64,000 nt of DNA from Tetramitus jugosus. Taxonomy: Eukaryota > Protista > Heterolobosea. A program made the position numbers and the translations under genes. The notes under the pieces were generated by a model. The model did no database searches. It had not been told where the DNA came from and saw only the letters and a program-made list of their open reading frames with translations. Positions 56,114 through 64,000 of this stretch are shown here, in pieces; position 1 is the first letter of the stretch; each line of letters starts with the position of its first letter. The stretch covers positions 248,001-312,000 of the forward strand of contig OW569378.1 in NCBI GenBank assembly GCA_937625935.1, in the 5' to 3' direction.

Positions 56114-58654
56114 TTATTGATAACGATAATTGTTGTTTGGTGGTTGTTGTTGGTACTGTGGAGGTTGTTGTGGGTTATAGTATGGCTGCTGTTGTTGAGG
56201 ATATGGTTGTTGTTGTGGTTGTGGTTGTTGATATTGAGGAGGTTGGCCATACTGTGGTTGTCGCTGCTGTTGCTGTTGCTGTTGTGGAGCATGTGGCAAC
56301 TGACGACTATGTTGCTGTTGTTGTGGTGGTGGTTGTTGATATTGTGGTTGAGACTGCTGTTGTGGCTGTTGTTGTGGCATAATGTAGGAAGGGGACACTG
56401 GTTGTCTGGACAAATTTTCAATAATGTCCTGCTTGTTCGTCTCTCTAGCAAATGCAAAGTCTTCTGCCTTCTGCTTCAACTTTTCCAAAATGTCTTGCAT
56501 TGCTTGATAGAAGGTCTTTCCTTCCTTGATGTTGGCCATCACTTCATTGTATCTATTGATGGAATCATACACACTCTGGATCACAGCTTCTCTCTCTTGA
56601 AGAACATTGCTCTGATTCTTTGACTGTACAAATACATTGTTCGCTCCAGTGATTTGCTGCATGAGCTTGTCTTCTTCGGCCAATAATGGAGCAATTCTTT
56701 GAATCTCCCTGTCTGCTTCTGCCAATTTCTCCTGAACGGCAGCATCGACACGACTTTGTTCCTTCAACAAATATTCCTGAACAGCTGCAATGTCAGCAGT
56801 CTTTCCTCTCACATCTTCCTCGATTTGGATTTCTTGTCCAAAGAGAACTTCCAATTGATCATAGAACTTCTTCAAGTCTGTCACTACTTGCTGCACAGAC
56901 ACATTGCTGGTCAAGTTTGGCAGAAGGGAGTTCAGCTCACTTGGTGTCTTGTCAAAATGTGCGAATCCATCCTTCCATTTTGCAATCTTGTTGTCAATCA
57001 ACTTATCGGCATTGGAAGCAATATTTACCTTAGAGTAGTGATCATTCAATGCCTTGTACATGCCCTGAGTCAGGGAAGAAGATGGTAATCTGGCCCATCT
57101 GTTACCATACTGTTCGCGACATGATTGATCATCTGCTGCTTCCTTCTCCAGTGTTCGCTTGATAGAATTGCACAGTTCTCTTGTGATATCAGCCAACTGA
57201 TTCAACAATACTCTCTCCTCTTGCAAGCCAACGACTCCACCCAATTTGTTGATTGCTTGAATCTTTGTGTGTACCTCTTGTGGGAATCCAGACTTTGAAT
57301 CCACAGCCAAAATACTTCCAGGCAATCCCATACTGGCCAAATGAGTCTTCAACTGGTCTCTGTGTTCTCTTGCATTCTTAAATGCGGCATCTTCCTTGGA
57401 GCGGACACTCTCCAAGAATTGCTTTGCGGCTTCAATCACAGGTATTGGATACAAATCACTAAACATGTCTGCCACATTCGAATATTTGATCAAGTCTTCA
57501 ATAATGACAGCATTTGCCATCTTCTTTCCTTGAACTTCAGGAAGATCCTCAAACTTTGGAACCTTGTAATGATACACCTTTTGATTATCGACTTGCGCAG
57601 TATTGTATTGAGTGACCAATGTTTGTTCAAATGCCTTGAGTGATTTGGACAAGTTGTCAGATACCTTGAATTGCAATGCGGTATTTACAATGTTGATTGC
57701 ACGTTCCAAACGAGCCAACTCTCTGCCAACTTCATCCTCCTCTCTATCGGCAACAGCCAACTGATGAACACTGAATGCTTCAAAGTACATTCTTGCAAAA
57801 TTAACATAGCTCTCCCATGCTTTTCCAAACACAGTCTTCAATGATCCAGATGTCATCTGTGAATAGACAACAGAGAATTGGCGTGCGGTATCATGAGCAA
57901 TCTTTGAAACGGCTTCAGGCTTCATTCGCTTCTTGAATGCCTTTTCTACTACACACTGTTGTGCATTGGCAACAGAAAGATTGACCAAACAGTCCAATGC
58001 TTCTCCAGTGATATCAGATGTGATTTTTTCTGTAATCTTGGGAGAGATTCTGTCCTTGATGTATTGGAAGAGACCTGCAGCTGTTTGGAAGTGCTTGATT
58101 GAAGCGTTGATTCCTTCGTCTGATTGTCTGTTTTGAGAAGCTCCCAATTGATGTTCAATCACAGCAGCATTGAACAAGGCAGAAGCCTGTTCATAAAAAC
58201 AATTGCCCTGAGCTATATATGAACAACAGAGTAAGCACACCACACACTTTGTTCAACACAACAACAATAACACCTCACAAAAAGACAAAACAGATTTTGA
58301 CAAAAAAAACATCATCACAACAATGAGCTACGTACAAACTTTGGTTCCACTGAATGAGTCATACCAAGAAAATGTCAATTGAACTCTATTGGTTCCAGAA
58401 TTGATTGGAAAATGAGCAGAGAGGTGCTCCATCTCAGCTGCATACTTGAGACACAAGTCTCTTGATCCCTCACTTCGATCCTGCAAATTTCTCATTTCAT
58501 TTCTGTGTTGTTGTATACTGTTCAAGTGTTCTTGATGTTGTTTCAACTTTTGAGAACCGTCTTGATGTGATGTCAGATACTTGGACAGTGGTTTCATCAG
58601 ATCCAAGGCATCTGTTTTTTTTTGGCCAAGTGTTTTGACGTCTAGTGCGATCAT
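56114..58654 (-). CDS. ALIX: ALIX/BRO1 ESCRT accessory protein, 2 exons (58654-58336, 58212-56114)
   Basis: BRO1 domain (F.WYDSF, FQTAAG.F, DN..VYH..VP), V domain (EG..FY) and Q/P-rich tail. Confidence 0.92.
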
Positions 58655-58785
58655 TTTTATCAAATTTTAGTGAAGGTGAGTGATAGGATGATATATATAT
58701 GGGATCGATGGATGAAAGAGTGTTTTTTGTTTTGCTGATGTTGTTGTGTACACGCGTCAAATAAGCTTTTCTTTTTTTTGGTTGG

Positions 58786-58997
58786 AACAGGAGAACTAAA
58801 ATTGGATGGGCAGACAAACTTCCTTCCTGTAGGTGATCGATGTCCGTCCAGTTTGCTGTTGGAAGAGTCGAATACCCCGACAGTGGGATTTTCTGCAAAA
58901 CTTGGCACTAGGGCTTTTATTCTGGATTTTGTTTGCCGAGATTTTGGGCACCCAAAATCTTCCAAGCTGTTGGGGATGGTTATGCAGATCTTATTCG
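58786..58997 (+). ncRNA. Candidate structured RNA (unassigned)
   Basis: Multiple nested helices whose non-Watson-Crick pairs are all G-U on the + strand; see findings. Confidence 0.45.
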
Positions 58998-59023
58998 TTG
59001 TAAAATAAAGTGGAAGGTTCTAT

Positions 59024-60037
59024 TCAATTTATTGTTTCTTCGTTATCCAAGTGTTGCAACAAGCGGTCCATCAACTGCCTGATAGCAACAACATCTCTTT
59101 GAGTGTCCTTGTGGGCTTGCTCAATCCTTGAAAGCCTGGACGAAAATTCATCTTCTGTGGTGGTCGCTTGACCACCTTCAAGAATTCTCATACATGAAGC
59201 CATGACCATGGTCTTCATCTCTTCCATTCTGTCGCGAGATTCCTCTTGGCGCCTGATCTTGTTTGACAGAGAAATTTTCTCGCCTCGTTTCTCGGAGATC
59301 GCTTCATTCCTAATTTGGGTGTTCGATTTCTCCTGTCGAGAGAACTCCAAGAAATTATCTGCTGTTCGGATCGTTTCACTGTCAACGGATGACGACGCAT
59401 GATCATCCTCTCCATCTTCGAGCATTTGCTCAAGATCACTCAGGGGTCGAACCACATCGGGCACAATATCAACCTCGTCCTCGGAGGTATCTTCATTCAA
59501 TCCGGCAATGACAGCGCTTCGTTTCTTCGTTCCCAACCTGTTCCCCTGTTTCTCATTTCTGGCTGTGTTCTTTGAATAGATGTGATTTTGAATCTTCAAT
59601 TTCACGGTCTCTTCGTTGACAGGCTGTTTTGTCTTCTCCTCCATAGCCTTCTTTATTTGGGCCATGACGGTTCGAACGCGATTTTCTCGGAACAGCGAAT
59701 CCATTTTCAGATCGCACATGACATATGCGGAACAAAGAATGCGCGACCATTTTTTATTGATCCGAACGACCGGTTGACGAGGAGATTTAGAACTTCTGAG
59801 TGTAACGGGAGAAATAGCCTTATCAAGTAAATCCTCATCATCTGAAGGGAATCCAAGAGCATCAGATACTCGAGAATCCTGTGACTGATTTGATGATGAC
59901 TGGTCTAATTGACTGGAACCGTTTGATGGTGCTGATGGTGGTGATGGTGGTGATGGTGAGATACCAGGTAATGATTGTTGTGATGATGTTGTCGATCGTA
60001 CACTAAGTAGTGCAGCGCTGATATCGGTTGTGAACAT
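59024..60037 (-). CDS. Putative Myb/SANT/trihelix-like partner protein of the transposase
   Basis: Intact 337-aa ORF head-to-head with the transposase; helix pattern IKKAMEE...EETVKLKIQN; C-terminal coiled coil. Confidence 0.55.
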   Translation of the reverse strand: MFTTDISAALLSVRSTTSSQQSLPGISPSPPSPPSAPSNGSSQLDQSSSNQSQDSRVSDALGFPSDDEDLLDKAISPVTLRSSKSPRQPVVRINKKWSRILCSAYVMCDLKMDSLFRENRVRTVMAQIKKAMEEKTKQPVNEETVKLKIQNHIYSKNTARNEKQGNRLGTKKRSAVIAGLNEDTSEDEVDIVPDVVRPLSDLEQMLEDGEDDHASSSVDSETIRTADNFLEFSRQEKSNTQIRNEAISEKRGEKISLSNKIRRQEESRDRMEEMKTMVMASCMRILEGGQATTTEDEFSSRLSRIEQAHKDTQRDVVAIRQLMDRLLQHLDNEETIN

Positions 60038-60106
60038 GTCGAGATGTTTTTTCTTGGTTTGGTTTTCAAAGCTTTTGTTGAAGTCAACCTCGTCTTCAAC
60101 AAAACA

Positions 60107-61108
60107 ATGAACAGCAACAAAAAGGTGAAGGCGGCAACAATCTTACTTCTCCTTTCATGCTTGAGTGAAGAGTCGATTGATTATGGGCGATCAGCCATGA
60201 GAAGAGCCCAAACAAATCATGGCCTTGGACGCGGTGTGGTCAAGAACAAGAGGAGACAGTCGTACAAGGGAAACGATGTTTACAATAGATGGTCTTCTGG
60301 CTCCGATCGCCAGTTCAAGCAGCTACTCCACATTACTCAGAATGAGTTTGACAAGATTGTTGGAGCAATGCGAAGATTTGAACTCATTATGAGTGATGAA
60401 TCCAAATGCCTCACATTTGAAAACCAGATCCTATTGACAATGTACTGGATCGTTCAGTACCCGAGATATTCTATTCTATCATCCGAGTTTGGCATCTCGG
60501 AATATGTTGTTTCCAAATGTATCAACGCAACAATCCCTTATATGGTTGAACACTTTATACAATATATTCCGAACAAAAAGCTAAGTGACTTATCTTCGTC
60601 TGTCAGTCAGCGCATCATATTTGTTATTGATGGGACTGCACATATGATTCAGAAACCGTCTGCTGCACAACACAGATGGTATCGCAACGATAAGAATGGT
60701 CACTGGATTCAAACGTTGTTGCTTGTGGATTTCGATGGCAACATCATTGCTTTTAGCACTAATTATCCAGGAAGATTGTCGGATTCGGCATGTGCGAGGC
60801 GATGTGGCTTGTTTCAACGTATTTGCAATGAAGAAGGACAAAACTTTGCTTTGGGTGATCCCGGCTTCCAGAATGTGGACTATGTCGTTGCAGGGTTGAA
60901 AAGCAACATGATTCACGGTGACGGTTGTCGTGAATTTTTGAGGGTGACAAGGTCTGAGCAGATAGTAGTTGAACACGTGAATTGCTTTATTAAAACATGC
61001 AGGTCACTGAGCACCGAGTTTAGACACAATCATGCCCTACTGACTGGTTGTGTGTTTGTGGCATGTGGGATGTTTATGTGGAAAAAAGGTTTGGGTCATT
61101 ACTGCTGA
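60107..61108 (+). CDS. Harbinger/IS5(ISL2)-type DDE transposase (HTH_Tnp_4 + DDE_Tnp_4)
   Basis: HTH (QILLTMYW...FGISE..VSK.I); catalytic IDGT, GDPGF and VEH all intact; PGRLSD motif; alternative start at 60044. Confidence 0.9.
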   Translation: MNSNKKVKAATILLLLSCLSEESIDYGRSAMRRAQTNHGLGRGVVKNKRRQSYKGNDVYNRWSSGSDRQFKQLLHITQNEFDKIVGAMRRFELIMSDESKCLTFENQILLTMYWIVQYPRYSILSSEFGISEYVVSKCINATIPYMVEHFIQYIPNKKLSDLSSSVSQRIIFVIDGTAHMIQKPSAAQHRWYRNDKNGHWIQTLLLVDFDGNIIAFSTNYPGRLSDSACARRCGLFQRICNEEGQNFALGDPGFQNVDYVVAGLKSNMIHGDGCREFLRVTRSEQIVVEHVNCFIKTCRSLSTEFRHNHALLTGCVFVACGMFMWKKGLGHYC

Positions 61109-61111
61109 CCT

Positions 61112-61340
61112 TGAGGTTTTTGTGGTGCACTGTACAGATGACACTGGATGATTGAATGTGCATTTGTGAATCGGCTGTGCTGGATCTACGAGTAAGTGCA
61201 AGGGTCGATATTTAAGCCGTGCCAGAGCCCGCTCCTACGGTCACTCACTAGTTCCAGCACAGCACAGTCGGGACATTTGCGTCATACAATCATATTGGTC
61301 ATGAGAGAGTACTCACCACTGTGGCTGATATTCCACCTCA
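61112..61340. other. ~230-nt imperfect fold-back directly after the transposase stop
   Basis: Nested complementary blocks including an 11-bp GCTGTGCTGGA/TCCAGCACAGC; followed by A16. Confidence 0.7.
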
Positions 61341-61526
61341 CCATTCTGATCCTCATCATAGTAAAAAAAAAAAAAAAATACAATGTGGTTTTTGAACCTT
61401 CAAAAATAAATTGTTGAGCGAATAAGATACTTTTTTTTCATTTCTTTGTGGGGATTCCAACAAAAGGAAGACCAAGGAAGAGCAAGCATTCTCGCGAATA
61501 AAGGACCTACTCACGGCCGTTCAGGC

Positions 61527-62492
61527 TCAATCCCATTCTGGCTTCAGGGTTCGAATTGCAAGCTTTGATTGAGACGATAGCGTCACGAATCGATCTTGGG
61601 AGTACTGACCTCTCAAGTACGCTCCTTCACCTTCAAGATCCCATTGGGCTATCATTTGTTTATGTTCAAGTTCATAAATCATTACTCTGTTTTCGTACAC
61701 TATGCTCATGTTATACCTGCTGTGGTTAAAACCTAGACTGACAACACCACACGGCTTGTCATCTGGTGATTCCAAAACCAAGATTTCCTTCATATTTGTA
61801 ATGTCAAACAGAAATGTCACACCTGATTGTGTGCCAATTGCAAGAAGAGAAGCATCAGGTGATAATGCAGCACAACAAATATCGCTGTGCGTACCAATGG
61901 GCACACTCCTAGTATAACCACTTCTTGTGATGAACTTTAACATTCCATTGTCTCCAAACAGAATCAACAAAAGATCTTTGGATTCTATCGCGCTCCAATT
62001 ATAATTCACAAAACAAATGCCTCTGATATTGCAATGTTTTGGCTCTTTGAATGAAAACTTGACTGTTCCGTCCAAGTTATAAATGGTAATCATATTGTTC
62101 GAAGTGACTGTGGCCACTAATGTTTCATCCGCCACTCCTATTGACGCTTCCGCCACTGCGACATGCTTCAAAGGCTTCGAATGACTCACAAACTGTTGAA
62201 CAATTTGACCTTCAAACACATTCCAAAGAACGGCAGTCTTGTCCTCAGATCCAGAAATAACATAGGATCTTGAAGAATGCAGACAAGTCAATGGTTTAGA
62301 ATGCCCTGACAGCTTGAATTGCTCTTCAGTAACGGAATACGTGTCAGCAAATGCATGGATGACCACAGAAGGGATGTCATCGTCAAGTCCGATTGCACAA
62401 AAATGGCCTTCAAAACATGACGTCAAGAATTTGGCTCTGTGATACTTTTTGTCAAGGGGTAGAACCTCCCAAGTTTGTTGTACTGCAGTCAT
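61527..62492 (-). CDS. WD40-repeat protein
   Basis: GHSKPLTCL...SGSEDKTAVLWN and SPDASLLAIGTQSG repeats. Confidence 0.85.
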   Translation of the reverse strand: MTAVQQTWEVLPLDKKYHRAKFLTSCFEGHFCAIGLDDDIPSVVIHAFADTYSVTEEQFKLSGHSKPLTCLHSSRSYVISGSEDKTAVLWNVFEGQIVQQFVSHSKPLKHVAVAEASIGVADETLVATVTSNNMITIYNLDGTVKFSFKEPKHCNIRGICFVNYNWSAIESKDLLLILFGDNGMLKFITRSGYTRSVPIGTHSDICCAALSPDASLLAIGTQSGVTFLFDITNMKEILVLESPDDKPCGVVSLGFNHSRYNMSIVYENRVMIYELEHKQMIAQWDLEGEGAYLRGQYSQDRFVTLSSQSKLAIRTLKPEWD

Positions 62493-63101
62493 GCTTGATT
62501 CCTTTTTTTTCGTGTCTTGACTTTTTGTTCTTTCAACAGCGGAACTTCATCAAAAATTTTCTGTTGAAGGCAAGGATGTCTACAAGGGAGAACCCAACAG
62601 ATACTGGTAGATGCATCACAAAACCTCAGGTTCACATTTTTTTCGGACAACAGTGAGCTCATCTACGACATGATTTTGAATTGGTTCGTTGTTCATCATG
62701 GATCACTCCACTTGGAGCAGCTGAGAAGTGATGTCTGACGATGAAAGAAGTTGCAGCTTGTCCTTTGTGACTGCAGGTTTCTCTTTGGGGCAGTTTCTGA
62801 ATCGTTTTTATCAACGTTCAGATGGTTTCGCGTCCCTCCAGAAACGAAGAAGGGTTGTTCCTTGTTTTAGGGTCCCTCCGAAGAGTCCGAATTGCTTGTC
62901 ATCTGTCGATTTCTCTCTGTAAATTACCATCACATTCGACCTAAATTCACAGAAGTGCTCAACAGGCATTGATTAGTTTTCACCACACACCAAGCGAGGT
63001 CCGATCTTGGAGTGAGTTCATCAAGACCCCCTTGCCCACAAACCAACCAAGAAAGAAAAACAACAAGAACAATCAAGAATAGTCGTAGTACAGTTGTAAA
63101 T

Positions 63102-64000
63102 ATGCGTGAATCTGTTGCAGTTGACACTGTTGAAACACCAACAAACTCCAACAAAACAGCACCAACCAGTGCTACACCTGCTATCCTTTCACCTGGTTGC
63201 AAGAACTTGAATCTCCAAACGGCACCTCACATTGAAATTGAACTGGTCAAGTGCAATAACCTCGCTGCCAAAGACCGTAATGGATTTTCTGATCCATATG
63301 TCAAGTTCAAGATTGGAGAGGAGAAGGTCAAGAGTTCTGTTCATAAAAAGACGCTCAACCCAGTGTACAATGAAAAGTTTTGCATCTATTTTGATAGCAA
63401 ACGAGTGAATGATGGTCTGACTCCTGATGGCAACATTATTCGTGCTCTGAGGATTGAAGTATTTGATTGGGATCGTTTGCTAAGCAATCGTATTATTGGT
63501 GCTGGTGGTGTGAATGTTAGTTCGTTGAAACCAGGAATCCGTATGCCTCTGACACTGTCTCTCGCTCCAGCCAATTCTGGAACTGTAGAATTGTTTTTGA
63601 CCGCCAGAAACACGGACTGGACGACACCAGTGTTGAAAGCAGAGAATGGAGAACCAATTGTCTTGACCATGCCAAACCCTTTGACAGAGAAGAGACAGGT
63701 GTTCTTGGGTACGGATACAGAGAGAAGACGAAGTGCTGCAGAGACCAATTCTCTCGAGAAGAGAAATATTGACAACAAGTCCTTGATTGCTGCTCAGGCT
63801 AGTTTTGAAGAGAGCAACATATCTGCAATCGGAAGTCACCAAGATATTGCATTGCGTGTCGCTTCTGCTAAAACAGCACGTGTGTGGAAGCATGCAGGAG
63901 ATCGTGAAGGACTAGAAATTTGGCGTATAGAGAACTTTAATGTTGTTTCCTGGCCAAAATCACTGTATGGCAAGTTTTATGATGGTGATTCATACATTAT
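63102..64000 (+). CDS. C2 domain + gelsolin/severin-family protein, runs off the window (absent from the ORF track)
   Basis: Manual translation: NLAAKDRNGFSDPYVK...KKTLNPVYNE...VFDWD (C2), then GLEIWRIENFNVVSWPKSLYGKFYDGDSYI (gelsolin repeat 1). Confidence 0.9.
   Translation, partial: MRESVAVDTVETPTNSNKTAPTSATPAILSPGCKNLNLQTAPHIEIELVKCNNLAAKDRNGFSDPYVKFKIGEEKVKSSVHKKTLNPVYNEKFCIYFDSKRVNDGLTPDGNIIRALRIEVFDWDRLLSNRIIGAGGVNVSSLKPGIRMPLTLSLAPANSGTVELFLTARNTDWTTPVLKAENGEPIVLTMPNPLTEKRQVFLGTDTERRRSAAETNSLEKRNIDNKSLIAAQASFEESNISAIGSHQDIALRVASAKTARVWKHAGDREGLEIWRIENFNVVSWPKSLYGKFYDGDSYI

Larger units (their letters stand above)
58988..61428. mobile_element. PIF/Harbinger/ISL2-like DNA transposon, candidate full element
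   Basis: Bipartite inverted ends ATCTTATTCG-N15-GAAGGTTC (58988-59020) and GAACCTTC-N17-CGAATAAGAT (61394-61428) enclose two divergent ORFs. Confidence 0.65.

Noticed and set aside
58860-59020. RNase P/MRP or U5 assignment for the structured region
   Set aside because: Only partial look-alikes (GGAAGAGTC, GGCTTTTAT); no matching CR-V/P4 or exact U5 loop 1.
61112-61340. Long rod structure as SRP (7SL) RNA
   Set aside because: No helix-8 CAGG/GRRA/AGCA motif or convincing Alu domain on either strand; kept as an unassigned structure.

Overview
Gene-dense eukaryotic (protist) DNA with few short GT-AG introns. The Naegleria-type EGF repeat, F-box/Ras-like CaaX protein, SCP2-type thiolase and flagellar genes point to a heterolobosean/discoban amoeboflagellate (inference). 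Two ordinary gene blocks (1-17.5 kb and 33.4-64 kb) encode IMP peptidase, NlpC/P60, PPCS, a Caprin-like protein, XPB, thiolase, bacterial-type PARG, GH15, DRC12, CFAP65, INTS9, ALIX/BRO1, WD40 and a C2-gelsolin. Between them is a ~16 kb island with no recognisable intact host protein gene. It holds tRNA genes and heavily deleted mobile-element relics: type III PKS pseudogene, integrase, CACTA-like transposase, non-LTR RT, DIRS-type RT and T5orf172 nuclease. Best candidates for something new: (1) a DIRS-like RT + T5orf172 (+ possible tyrosine recombinase) element found twice downstream of tRNA-Lys(CTT), with the tRNA 3' end duplicated at the far side like a prophage att site; (2) an intact two-gene PIF/Harbinger/ISL2-like cassette with bipartite inverted ends, an internal ~230-nt hairpin and an adjacent GU-rich structured RNA candidate; (3) an RT-less retroposon family with a 15-bp TSD, 3' hairpin and poly(A). 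All assignments come from reading motifs by eye; no searches or folding programs were run.
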